A stretch of 64,000 nt of DNA from Chlorokybus atmophyticus (GCA_009103225.1 RHPI01002533.1:833368-897367), one strand, 5' to 3'; counted from the stretch's first letter, positions 49,802 to 62,241 are shown. Numbers and translations: made by a program. Notes: generated by a model not told the origin, from the sequence alone.

Positions 49802-52326
49802 ATGGCCGCGATGGCCATGGAGATGGTGGAGAAGCAGGCCCTTCAGGCCGGAGCGTTGATGACTTCGACGCGGTGGAAGCCAGTGCATGTAAGTAGACCG
49901 CGACGCTGCGTCTGTCATTTGTCTACATGTCAAACCTCACGCTGGGATTGACATGCAAGTGAGGCACTTGCATGCAACGGTTCATTGTCCTTTGCAGCAC
50001 TGGTGCTTGCAATCTGCAGTGCGTCTGTTCTGCAACACACTGCATGAAAATCTTACATATGATGGATTGACCTCTGCATTGTGCAGACATTGACTCGATA
50101 ATTGACATGGTGCCGCCAAAGCTGTACTTTGGTGATGATGATGGGGACGAATCGCAGCTGAACGCATACCAGGTGTCCATGCGAGCTTGCTTGTATCGAG
50201 TGCCCGTCACATTCATGATATACTGCTTGAGCAGCACTTGCTTCTGATGACCTTCTTCAGTTCTGAGCCATGTGTCTGCCTGCAGCGTTTCTCAAAGAAG
50301 AAAACAGAGTCACAAGCGCAGAAGCTTGCTCGACGTCAGGCTGCAAAGGATGTGAAGCGCAAGAAGGTAGGCCAACACGTTGTGATCCGGTGTTGCAGCA
50401 TGGCATACTGAGTTCAGCATACACGTATATGCGAGCATGCTTGCACAGATAAGAGTGCGCGTGTTGCATCCATACGTTGCTGGCGTGCACGAGTGCACTG
50501 AAGCATACACGTGCACACATGTATAGCCAACTTTCTATGCTTGCCAACTTTCAAAACATTTCAACATCAGTTAAACCCGGAGCTGGCAAAGACGACGCTT
50601 ACCATCCTGCACGACAAGCTAGTGCAGTCGCGACGTGCGCAAACACCTGGCGATCAAGCTGAACCAGACGAGCACAAGCAGCAAGAGTCCCTCCCACTCC
50701 AAGTTCCCGTTGCTAACGGCAACCCGCCCCTGACAAAGAAGCAGAAGAAGGCTGCAGCAGCCGAAGCAAAGGCGAGGGCCGCAGCTGAAGCACAGCGTGC
50801 AAGGGAGGACAATGCCACACGACTCACGGATGAACAGAAAGAGAAGTTTCTGCAGCAAGTGCGCGTTGTGTTTGAGATGGATCGGGAGAAGGCTCAGAGG
50901 TTGGCAAGGCAAGCACAAGAGCAGGAAGAGTTGGGGCAAGCAGCTCAGATGGATGCTGCTGAGAAGGATGATCCGTTGCACGATGACAGTGGTGTTCAAA
51001 CTACAGGGAAACCGCTTGCAAATGGAAAGGTTGGTGGCAACAAGAAGCAGAGGAGAGAGGAGAGGCTTGCTCAGAAGCGTCAAGAACGCAAGCAGAAGCG
51101 CAAGCCTGCTGCTGGGGCGGATGACAATGCACCAGCTGAGAATGGCACGCATCCTCTGACAGAAAGCAACCCAAATCAACCCAAGAAACGGAGGCTGGCC
51201 AATGCTGCGGATGCCTCCACTGCGCGCAGCAATGGCGCGGTAGGGGCGAAGCCAACAGTTGTCGAGGAGCCCACGCCCAAATCAGCAGGCGCCACGCCTC
51301 GTGTTGCGGCCAGGCAGCAAGTGGTCAAGAGGAAGGGTCAGAGTCAGGATAGCGAGCACATACAGTTCAGCAGGATACACCTGCCGGGGGAGCGCAAGTC
51401 CCTGTTGAAGGGTGCTGTGCTGAAAACCAAAAAGGCAAAACCTTCCAAGCAGAAGTTGCTGGCTCAGGTGTGTGGATGGGTGGGTTCTGTGTCATATGCC
51501 AGCCGACACATTGTTGTTGTCTGTGAGGCATGTGTGGTGGTTGTGTGCAGTTAGCACTCATGCAGTTCCAATGTCTTGCAGGCAGAGGAACTTCAGGCTG
51601 TAATGAAGAATGACGCTGATGAAGCTGGAGCACAAGTAAGGGGTGTTCACTTGAGTATATTTCAAATGCATGTGTGGTTTGCAGCATGGCTAATTCTTAT
51701 ACGCGGTGTCCGCACAGCATGCATGGAGCGCTGCGATTGACCGCGCTGCTGGACACAAGGTGCTTGTTTGCCTGCTATTTGCAATGCCGCTCTCCGATTA
51801 TCATCACTCATGTGCAGCTGCCAGACAGTGAGGTGCTTGTGAAACAGGTGCTCGATGACCCAAAGCTTCTGAAGAGGAGTGTCAAAAAGGAACAGAAGCA
51901 GAAAGATAAAGCGCGCAAGAGCTGGTAAGTGGTAGTCTTGTATGCAGCAGCAAGCATGCACTGGAGCTTTGCAGGGTTGCTTGCTGCTGAGCAGTCAGTG
52001 CAATTGCTATGTCTGCACAAGGTTGTGATACTGAAACCATCCTGCGTTCAGGGCCGAAAGACAGAACCTTGTCAAGCAAGCTATGTCAGAGAAACAAGCG
52101 AAGCGCAAGCAGCACATCAACTCACGCGTTGAAGCCAAGAAGGAGAGCAGGATGAAGAAGGTGAGTTGCAGCTGCATTGTCTACCAAGTTGCGCAATCGG
52201 GCTACGATAATCAGGTGTGCATATTGTCTTACAGCCAATATCAACATTGCAACCGGTGTTGTCGTGCAGAGAGAAAAGAAGTTGGTAAATCCAGGCAGAC
52301 AAAGCGCAAAAGCTTCAGTAGCATAA
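49802..52326 (+). CDS. SURF6: SURF6/RRP14 ribosome-biogenesis protein
   Basis: Direct: AYIDSIIDMVPPKLYF, LNPELAKTTL, IQFSRI, ALRLTA..K|LDDPKLLKRSVKKEQKQKDKARKSW|AERQ, REKKLV; Lys/Glu-rich. Confidence 0.88.
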
Positions 52327-53813
52327 GCCATCTGTACGCAACCATTTACTCTGTTATGCAGCAAGCTCGTCATGGGAATTCAGGAGCCACAAGGCAACAA
52401 TCAGCTTGTCTCAACATACGCACCTGCCATTCTACTTGGCCCAATCTGCTCTACTGCAGCATACACTGAGGAGCGGCTGATGCAGTGTTGAGTAAATGTG
52501 AAGGGCAATTACACATGCACACACCAAATATACAGTCTGCACCTAACACATCCCAGCACCGCATATCTTGCACACTCACCCTCTACGCTGCGTACACAAC
52601 TACAGTTTCAAGCCATGCACGGAGTCAATACCCTTGACGTTCTTTGTACATTTGCATGCTACATACCTTCTACCCTAGCTCTACCGCCCTACCTGTCATG
52701 AATGCATGCACTGCAGCCGTCGTAGTATAAAAGATGCAGCATGCATGTGTATAAAAGATGTATAGGCATTTTGTGCATGCCAGTATGTAAGAGGTCATAT
52801 GCTAGATCAGCAGCATGCAAGGTGGGCAACATACAATACTAGCACAACATGCAGCACCCGATGTATGGCATCTCATGCTCACTTTCTGCACCAGCAATTC
52901 ACCATCGAGCTAGCTACTCTACCTGACACATTCAGCCCCTACCTCGTTAGTCAGACCAACATGCATGTCCCGCGATTACCTGCGCATGCGCCTTTGGTCA
53001 GCGGCCAACATCTTCACAGCATCTTCACAACCAACAGCGGAAGTGGACTCCCCCCTCCCCTCGCCTCCATCCCCTCCGCCGCCCGACTGGTCACCACCCT
53101 GCCGCAACCTCCGTCGCTATGCATTAGGGTTGCGCCTATTGGCGAAGCATGCATGCTGACGCACTGCATGCATTACTCCCTGGGCCATGACGCAGCTTGT
53201 GCAGTCGCAGGCGTCGTTGTGTGTGCCTCTCCAACAACATGGGCAGACGGTGCACATGACACACAACCATGCGTGAGTGCACGTTGTGTGTCATGTGCTC
53301 TGCCCATGCCTTGTAGATGCTGTCTCCGATTGACAGACTGTTCATGCAAAATGGCAACTGTGGTACACGGATTGCGATGTACTCAACCGCCCTCACATGG
53401 TGCAGTCTCCCGGCGCACAGCAGTGACACAGATGGAAGTCTACTGATACACGCAAAGGTACGCGAGTTTGTTTACTACACGTGTCGCTTGCTACCAACAC
53501 ACCACGTACACAATGCACGCCCATGTACCAACACGCCACAAGCACTCTACATCCTTGCACATTGGCACCACATCCATCAGCCCGTGTGGTTGCTGCTGGT
53601 GGCAACCTGCCACTCCAGCGAGATGGGATAGATAGAATGTTGTGCAATCAGCACGACAAACTCTTGACAACATCACTCACAAAGTGGCACTCCATGATCA
53701 AATTCACGAGACTTACTCTCAGTACATTGAGAGTGTGCGGCGAGAATGTCCAAAACTGTGCGTAGGTGCAGAGTACACAGGTGCATGCGCACCCTGTGCT
53801 TGAGGAGGACACA

Positions 53814-56800
53814 CTATGAACCATTGGTCAGGTAACTAAAGTTAATGTTACTGGCGCCCACAGACCCCGGCAGCTGGCCGCCAAGCCCGTTCTGCAAAGA
53901 GCCAGACAGCTGTGTCTGCAACTGGTTGTGCATCAGATTTGGCGAGCTCGTGTCCACTCCAAGTGCCGCTCTGGATTGTGCAAGCTTGAGGGAGTCTGCG
54001 TGCATCTGCGATTGCAGAAGTGAGATTTGGGACTGCGATAGAGGAGATGGTGCCCGTGCATTCAATTGGTTCTGTTGCTGCTGCTGAAGGTGCTGGTGCT
54101 GCTGCTGCTGCTGGTGCTGTTGCGCCTGCTGTTGCGCCTGCTGCAGCTGCTGCTGCTGCTGCTGTTGCTGTTGCTGCTGTTGCGGCTGTTGCTGCTGCTG
54201 CCATTGATTTGTATACGCAACGAGGCTCGCTGAAGAAAGTAAAAAGAGTTCAGTAAGCAAAGCACAAAATAATCCATTGCAGCCGCACAATATTAACCAT
54301 TGCAGAAAACAATCCTGTGGAACCATCACCCAAACTGCAGCGCCAAATGTTGCCCTCATCAACACAGTTTAACTTACCAACAGGACCGTACTGGTGCTCC
54401 TGGTTGAAGCTCATCAGATCCTTCATGCTATTTACAACGTCTGATATCTGCAAGAGAACGGCAGCACATTGAAAACTACAGCAGCCAGGCATCAATGTAG
54501 CAAGCAACATTGCCAAGATGATGGCATTGTACCTGCAAGCAGCGCACGTAGCGCTTGGTGAAACCGAGGTCATTTACAGTAGACACATCCATTTTGGCAG
54601 CGAGTTGCTGCGCAATGGCTGCGGTGCTGCATGCACAAGGACACAGTCAGCACTGACAACTGCAAGCGCCCATAGCAGCAACACCAGCAGACTGACTCCT
54701 TACGCTTGGCACTTCAGCTGTAACTGGCTGACAGTGTTTGCATTGGGGTTCCCTTGATCGCTGAAAGCCAGGTGGACTAGCTGGTTGATCTGCACACGCG
54801 GCCTTACATCAACATTGAGTGCAACTGCACAAGTCGCTTTTGGTTGGGTGACTGTTCCACCCAAGGCAAAATGCGAACCTCTTGAAACAAATGCCGCCTT
54901 GGTATAAGCTCTTCATGGCTTTGAGCGCAGAACTCCCATGATAGAATCTATGACATAGAGCATGCAGTTATTGCGGCAACTGTCAACGACTGGTTGTGCG
55001 CCTCGCAGAATCAGAACATAAAAGCCATACCTTCAGCTGCATGGTGAAAAAAACACGCAGCTGTCCATATCGAACCACCTGCCGCAAATGAAGTACATAA
55101 GCAACCGATAGCGGCAGAATTGCGCTGCAACGATGCTATTGACATTGAGTCACATTGTGTGACAGTACCCGCAGCGAGTCTAGAACGGACTCCATTACAA
55201 CCCTTTGACATTCCAGTGCCAGCACACCTGGTCTTGGTATAATCCTGTAAGACAGCAGGTAAGTAAGAACGTTGTTGAGCACCATGCGCGGTGCTGTGGT
55301 ACAACAACTGCACGTACTCATTGCACATCTCCAAGAACATTATCTCCTCTCGTACGCCACTGTCATACTTGACTTTAAACAGACGTGGTAGAACGTCCAC
55401 GTGTGTTTCTGTAGCAGTGCACAGTCAATGACACTTGCGGAGTACTACTGTCTGCATAACACCCTCAAATCACAACAGTATTTCATAACAGTTGAGTCGG
55501 GCCAAGCAGTAGGCTCACCAAAACCCCTTCCTGGGCTCGAGTTGCACAAGCCACACCGCCAGGTGTCCTGCACAGAGAAAGATACCAACCAAGGGTCAGC
55601 AGCCTTGGGATGCGCATGCATTTGCTTTGACACGCTACAACCATTGCTAGCAAATGCCTATAGCTGTGAAGATTGGCGTGATGCAAGCATAGCAACTTGG
55701 CTTTGGGACTGCTTCTTGTTGCAAGAAGCAAGCAGGAAACGATACGAGCTGACACCTGGGGAAAGGCTCCAAGAGGATATCTGCCGCCGCCGGTGGAATA
55801 TCCTGATACACACCACCGCTTTGTAGCCCCAGGGGCAAAGAACTCCCGCACAAATGTCCTCCAGAACTCGATATTATTATCCTGCATGCCACATGCGCTG
55901 TTGGTGAACTGCACACAGCATTTATGTTTGTTCGAGCTATTACTCACTTCGCACGGTGATCGCAACACTTGCGGTTAATACTCATTCTGAAGTGGCAGCA
56001 AGGTTCTCTATGCAACTACCTGTTTCTTGCATGATGACAATGTAGACCGCACTGACAAGCATACCGCACCTACACATGCTGCACCAGAAGATGTTTCTTC
56101 GCAATGCATTTTCATCAACAGGCTGTCACTCTGGCAGGCAAAAGCAGACCCTTGTGACTATGACTGGATATGACTGGAACACGCATGTATGCACAAGTTA
56201 ACAGCCTGGGCGCTCGACCAGCATGAAGGCTGACCATTGATCACTTATGACCCTATGTGTACAACTTGGGCGTCTCATAACTAGTCATGTGCCGTCTTGC
56301 GACTTAACACAAAGGCACAGCGTGACGCACAAGCTTGAGATGTTGAGAGTCTGTTGGTAAGCATCACGGACACTCCAGGCAGCTAAACTCCATATGGACT
56401 ATGATGCGTGGAAGGAAGCAATCAAGTGGGCAAGTATCCTGGGCAAGTATCCTGAGCACATCAAACGCAAGCTCACAAGCATGTAAGCTGGATAATATTG
56501 AAAGCTGAAGAGGTGGACGAGCTGGTGTAACAGTAGGACAAAGTAACGATCAGTACATGCAATGAAGTTTGACAACAGACAGAACAGCGACGCCGCCGGG
56601 TTGCTGCGTATCTTCGAAAGACTGTACAGAGTGTACAAAAACGATAGACCGAGCAAATATTGACTTGGCTTGTGAGCCACAGAATCAAATTGTAATGGTT
56701 ATTTGAAAATAAAAACAGCCTGATGTCAACAACACTTACGGGTGGCCGCTCGCGCTGAGTGTGCATGTACTGCATGAGCCTGGTGGTGCATATGTTCCCG

Positions 56801-56829
56801 GTGTTGGCCGGCTGTCCACGGCGAATCAT
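53814..56829 (-). CDS. SEU: SEUSS-like LIM-domain-binding (LDB) transcriptional co-regulator with polyQ tract
   Basis: Direct: ICTTRLMQYMHTQRERPP|DNNIEFWRTFVREFFAPGATKRWCVS, DTWRCGLCNSSPGRGF, VLPRLFKVKYDSG, WEFCAQSHEELIPR, VNDLGFTKRYVRCLQ|ISDVVNSMKDL. The 3' end is unresolved and may extend left of 53814. Confidence 0.9.
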
Positions 56830-57169
56830 CTGCGCCCTCGCCGAACCTGCCGCCTCGGCCACCGGCCGGGCAAGTCATACTCCAGCCAGCGTAGCCGCCC
56901 TTTGTGTGTAATGAAATGCAGACACACTACCACAACAGTTGCACCCGTTCAACCCACAAAGCACCCTGCGCCCTGTCACAGCACACAACCGGCTCCCATG
57001 ACCAGCAGTCAAGAGTTCCAAGAGCTGCACCAGCCACCAACCCTCCCCTCCACTCACCCAGCAACACCCAGTAACCAAGCGCCTCCGCCGCCTCAAACCC
57101 CTCTTCCCCCGCCGCCCAAACGCACGCACCTAGCCAGAAAACACAATGCCGCCCGACAAGCATGCAGGT

Positions 57170-57201
57170 TAGGGTTTTGGCAGGGGGGTGTTTTAGGGTT
57201 T
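57170..57201 (-). promoter_or_regulatory. Two telo-boxes upstream of SEUSS
   Basis: Direct: TAGGGTTT at 57170-57177 and 57194-57201. Confidence 0.5.
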
Positions 57202-57798
57202 TGAAAAGCTGATTCGCCAGCTGGCGCGGGCGTCCAAACTCACTGACAACACCTACTGCCGCTGCACTTTTGGAATCAATCACCGTCAGAACCAGCAGGC
57301 GGTCAGGCTGTGCCACATAGCCCGTAAACAGCCGGTCACGCTGCGCCGATTGCACAGAGCGGGTTTCTACAACGCAATTGCACACATGCTCTGCTGGATA
57401 CCTGACCGACAGGTTTCGGCAGCGATCCAGCAGCGGTACTGGTAGGCTAGCGGCAGCCGACGCGACGCAGTCGTTGGATGTGTCTCCGAGGACCATTTGT
57501 CCGGGACAATGTGCCCCCTACCGGTGCGAATCCGCTGCCACATCCGACCTTTGGCGGACGCTCGGTCCGACAACTGCTGCGACGCGACTCTGTTACCAGT
57601 CGGTCCGGTGGTACCGTACCACGTCAGTCTGACGTTGATAAGTGCATATTCGATTAATGCATGCATGTCCGCATTTGGTGCATGAATCACCGTCATCACC
57701 GACGTCTTCAGAGGCAAAACCTGTGCGTTAAGAGCACGATACGTGCATTTAATGAAAGGCTTAACCTTGAGTTGTACATTCAAAACAATTAGCCATTA

Positions 57799-58995
57799 CC
57801 GTATTTCGACGAATACAACCCCACTTTTACAACACCCCCCTAAATACCCCGGGGGGGGCTTTGTTTGTCATTGAACCCCCCTACCCTAATGCACCCCGCA
57901 AGTGGGGGGGGGGGGGGGGGGGGGGGGNNNNNNNNNNNNNNNNNNNNNNNNNNNNNNNNNNNNNNNNNNNNNNNNNNNNNNNNNNNNNNNNNNNNNNNNN
58001 NNNNNNNNNNNNNNNNNNNNNNNNNNNNNNNNNNNNNNNNNNNNNNNNNNNNNNNNNNNNNNNNNNNNNNNNNNNNNNNNNNNNNNNNNNNNNNNNNNNN
58101 NNNNNNNNNNNNNNNNNNNNNNNNNNNNNNNNNNNNNNNNNNNNNNNNNNNNNNNNNNNNNNNNNNNNNNGCGCGCGCGTGTGTGCGTGCGTGTGTGCGT
58201 ACGCGCGCGTGCGTGCGAGGGAATCACACATGCTAGCAACAACATCCAACACAAGTAATCTCTCACTACACAAGATCATCATCAGAGTCATCACCATCAT
58301 CCTCCAATGCATCATCATCACTGCTAGTACACATGCTATCAAGCTCGCTCTCATCACCGTACAGCTCGATATGGTTAGCCCTCGAAGCATTGGCCTCATC
58401 GCGCACACGCAACTTCTCCAACTCTGAGATCACACGCTCTTCCAGTACCTCCAGCGGCAACTCATCTACATCGACGACATTGTCCGCATTGTCATCAACG
58501 ACCTGCTCCGGGGTCCAATCAGCTTCACACACGCCCGCCTTCTTGAACGCATTGATGATGGTCTGCACTGACAACTCCTCCCAAGCCTGATGCACCCACG
58601 ACACTACGGTTGACCAGTCCGCGTGCCGCAAGTTGCCGCCTGCAGTGTAGGAATGGTTGGCTGGGTCTGCCATCCACAACGCCCACTGCATACACCAACA
58701 AAGCACAATGTTAATCATGACTGACAACCTAAGATGACAACCGTTATTGCAACCTTACCCAAGAGCAGCTCACCCAGGTGGTACGCACACAAACTTACAT
58801 GCAACCTAGCGTGTGAGTTGTGCACTCCTCACAACATCAGCGCATGCACATTTTAGCAACCACCTTTGCACGAAGCATGTCCTTGAAAGGCTTGTTCACC
58901 CCTACATCCAAAGGTTGAAGAATAGGCGTACACCCACCCGGAATGACAGCTTGATCGATACCGCCAGCCTGCGTTGCTGCTTTCACGGACTCACA
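57799..58995 (-). mobile_element. Left (3') part of a second pogo/Tigger-like transposon, interrupted by a nested insertion
   Basis: Direct: TA|CCGTATTTCGACGAATACAACC terminus at 57799 (pogo-like TIR start); transposase C-terminus within; includes the N gap. Confidence 0.75.
58266..58995 (-). pseudogene. C-terminal fragment of a pogo DDE_1 transposase
   Basis: Direct: CESVKAATQAGGIDQAVIPGGCTPILQPLDVGVNKPFKDMLRAK|(intron 58863-58686)|WALWMADP...VVSWVHQAWEELSVQTIINAFKKAGV. The sequence expected upstream (D2 and the AH motif) is replaced by unrelated DNA at about 58996. Confidence 0.85.
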
Positions 58996-59130
58996 CCGTC
59001 GCAATATGTTTTCCCTGCCGGCCGACTAAATATTGGCAACGGCCGTGCACCTAAGGACGCTAATTTTGACTGTCGTGGCTCAGGCCACCTGTAATCTTGA
59101 TACAGGGACCTAATAGTAACTTTCGTTACT

Positions 59131-59475
59131 GTAAGGCCCTTTTTGTTACAATTTAGTCTTTAACAGTTGACTTTGCCTAACTAACAGGCGCCTGTTAGTT
59201 ACCTATCAGGCTCTATCAGGTGACTTTATAGAATGAACAGGCACCTGTTAGTCACATACCAGGCCTTAACAAATGACTTTCTGTACTTTACAGGCAACTG
59301 TTAGTTACACATCAGGCCTTATTAGGTGACTACAACTAATCAACGGGCACCTGTAAGTTACACATCAGTCTTACCTAGGTGACTCAGCCTATGTGACAGG
59401 CACCTTCAGGTTACACACCAGTCCAGCGCAGGCGACTAAGCCTAATTCACAAGCACCAACTAGGTAATTATCGTC
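59131..59475. repeat. 53-bp minisatellite, 5 clear units plus degenerate flanking units
   Basis: Direct: unit starts 59184, 59237, 59290, 59343, 59396, 59449 (exact 53-bp spacing); consensus ACAGGCACCTGTTAGTTACACATCAGG...AGGTGACT... Confidence 0.9.
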
Positions 59476-59817
59476 AAAATAAGGCATTCTTCAACAACTG
59501 AAGGTGACCAATGCCTAACTGTCGTCATATGTATTTGCATAGCTTGACTACACGCGACTGTCACTGACTTCCAGCATTGTTATGTGCCTGTGCTGTGTAC
59601 ATGTACCTGAAATGTGTACAGTGTCTCTCAGTCACTTGCCAAGGCTTGTGGTTCGATTATGTGACTCGAATGCAGTTCTGTTGTATATCATAGGGATGCA
59701 AGTATTGATGTGCATGAGCATAATGACGATTGACTGAGCTGGTTTAAGATGCACAACACTCAGTCACAAGAGCCTTGTAGCTATGTACACTACCAGCTAA
59801 ACGGACTACCAACTGCG

Positions 59818-61645
59818 CTACAGCTCCTCTCCATCATCGCTGGTCTCGTCATTACGGAACAAAGCACCACGCGCTGGGGCCTGTGGAGGAGACGCCGGAG
59901 CTTGCTCTTCCTCCTCAAACGGTTGTGCCAGCCAATCAAATGCCGCTTCTGCCTCAGCGAGCGGGTCACGAGCTGCTGTCTCTTGCGGCCGGCGCCGATT
60001 GGGATCTTTCAGGTATTCGACACAAGATGCAGTGCGGCGTTTCACAAGGGTGAATGGCTGGAGGGCTGCGTACCGTTGCCTCATCTCCCGCTTCATTGAC
60101 ATGATCATGGTGTTGATTTCGCTGAGGTACTCTTCATGTGTGTCTATGCTGGCAGCTAGGAGAGGGTCTCCATCCTTGCCCTTTAGGATGCGCTCCACCT
60201 GCGTAGTTTACAGGCATGTCTTAGTGGCATCGAAAGCCACTATTCACTGCAACGCGTCTGCAAGCCTGTAGTTTGGGGCTACAGCGTTCCTGAATTGCTA
60301 ATGATGGAGTTCAGAGTGCTCACCGTAAGCAACAGGTATGCGAGGTGGTTGACTGTCAGCTGCCGGCGACCAGGTGTAGTGACGGCGTAAGACCAGCATT
60401 GCACGATCATTTGCCAGATTATGGGATTGCCCCATTCATGGATGTATCTCCTCCGCTCCGGGTCTGCAGTGTCGGTCACCTCAAATCTCCGCCATGACTT
60501 GTCTGCGACAGTCATACCGACAAGGCATTAGTCACGAAATAGATAGTTCAAGTTGAGCCTGCACCAGGCTAGAATAGTGCCTGTGACTTACTTTGGAGCG
60601 CGTTGCGCATCTGGGCTTTTTGGGTCTCGGGGTCCATTAGGGCGTCGATGTGCCTGATTGAATCGGTTACAATAGGCGAGATGAGTACGTGTGTATGGAG
60701 GCTGAGTAAGAAGGCAGTGTTGCATAGCAGACATGGTGGTGAGGGACCCAACTCACTTGCGCTTGTTGCTGTTAAACAGTGTCCACTTGTACTCCTTCTC
60801 AAGGACATGCTTGATCTTGGTGACGTTCTCAGACCGGACCTGCGTAGCTTTCTTCAGGGCGACACTCCAGTGGAAGGGGCACTCCTTGGGAGTCCAGTAC
60901 ACCTCATAGAACTTGGCCGCATCGGCCTCGTCGTCATGGTCGAAGCCAACTACCTGTCACGGGCAGGTTGGTCAGTGTCACGGTGCAGTGCGGTCATGAA
61001 GCATTCACAGCACCTGACACATGACGTTACGAATAGTGTCCTCCTTGGGATAAACGTGGCTCTCTACCCAGTGGCCGTTTATGATTTCAACGACGGCATC
61101 TCGCAAATGCTGTCCACAGAAGAACAATCCGTTACACACATACACACAGTGTCACAGTGTCACACAGTGCTTACCTCGTTGCCAATCTTCCACTTGCTTG
61201 GGGAAGGGTTGCTGACGGCCGAGGTTGCCACGTCACGGCCAAATGCGTTTGGGTTGGGGGTTCCAATCGACCCTCTGCAAGCACAACCACATGAGTCATG
61301 CTGCCAGCCATGAAAGATGCAACCCTCACAGTTGCAAAAGAAGAACAACGTGCACAGTGTATCCAGAACGCATGCAGTGAGTCACTGTGCTAGTCATGAT
61401 AGAAGCAAGCATCCAAGTTAGAAGTTGAGCAAGAAGCAACGTGCACAGTGCATCAAGAACGCATGCAGTCTAGCTTGCCCTTGCGACTGCGGTGTCAGGT
61501 GGAGTTGTTGTGATGTGCTGGGCGTTAGCGCGGGGTCTTGCTGCGATTGGTTGGCGACGGTTGCCTGGTTGAACACTGGGGGCAATGTGGACAACTGGCG
61601 CCGACCTCCACGACGAGGTGCACTTACGGATGGACCACGAGGCAT
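59818..61645 (-). CDS. Intact 7-exon orphan protein (393 aa) inside the nested element
   Basis: Direct: exons 61645-61479, 61274-61175, 61109-61014, 60953-60757, 60653-60592, 60502-60324, 60198-59818 total 1182 nt in frame; the first intron is GC-AG. Confidence 0.75.
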
Positions 61646-61947
61646 CTCTCCAACTGATAGTCGGGTGCCGCCTGTTTAGCTGTAAGTGGCGCTGCCGCCT
61701 CCAACGCTGCCGCCGCCGGTTGGCCCGCCCGAATGTATGAGGCGCGAAAACGAAAATGAGGCGGTTTTGAACGTCTAGAGTCCCGCACTAGAGTCGCACT
61801 TGTAGTGCGTCCTTGCTCCTATGGTTGATGGTACGACTTATGCATTCGTGCCATGCATGCTTCGTACAACCATTGTTACCAATGGTTGTGTCGTAACATT
61901 TATGGTACGACAGAGGCATCTCTCGTCCAACCCCAGCGATTGCCGTA

Positions 61948-61989
61948 CAATGGCTCTGTCGTACCATCCATGGTACGACAGAGGCATTG
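61948..61989. repeat. 42-bp near-perfect palindrome (20-bp arms, one mismatch)
   Basis: Direct: CAATGGCTCTGTCGTACCAT-CC-ATGGTACGACAGAGGCATTG. A second palindrome ACAACCATTG-TTAC-CAATGGTTGT lies at 61866-61889. Confidence 0.85.
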
Positions 61990-62241
61990 CTCGATCAGCC
62001 CAAATGGGAGTTAGCATGCACTCACCCAAACACGCTTCATTGATGGCCGGATGATGGCACGCAGGGGCACCAGGTCGATGACGGGTCGAATGTCAGGCTT
62101 GATGGGCCTGGGTTCGACTAGGAGGCGGAGGACCAGGAGGCGGAGGCGGCGGCGGCGGCGGCGGCGGCGTGGCACATCTTGCGAGAAGTTGTGGTCGTAA
62201 GAGTTCAAGCAGCGAAGCCAGCTACTACCGGTCGCCACGTC

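Noticed and set aside
56031-56056. C/D-box snoRNA (ATGATGA...CTGA)
   Set aside because: The boxes are only ~14 nt apart and antisense to the host SEUSS intron.
56927-57560. 189-aa minus ORF and 80-aa plus ORF upstream of SEUSS
   Set aside because: No motifs or convincing start/splice context; more likely promoter or UTR sequence.
57861-58427. ORFs spanning the second N gap
   Set aside because: Artefacts of the poly-G run, the Ns and the microsatellite.
59131-59475. CRISPR-like appearance (palindromic conserved head + variable tail)
   Set aside because: The tails are homologous to one another (shared AGGTGACT), the context is a eukaryotic intron-containing locus, and no cas genes are present. 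It is a minisatellite.
61786-61806. CACTA...TAGTG as a CACTA transposon terminus
   Set aside because: It arises from a local CTAGAGTC(CC)GCACT duplication, and no matching CACTA end was found near 58996. It cannot be excluded without the downstream sequence.
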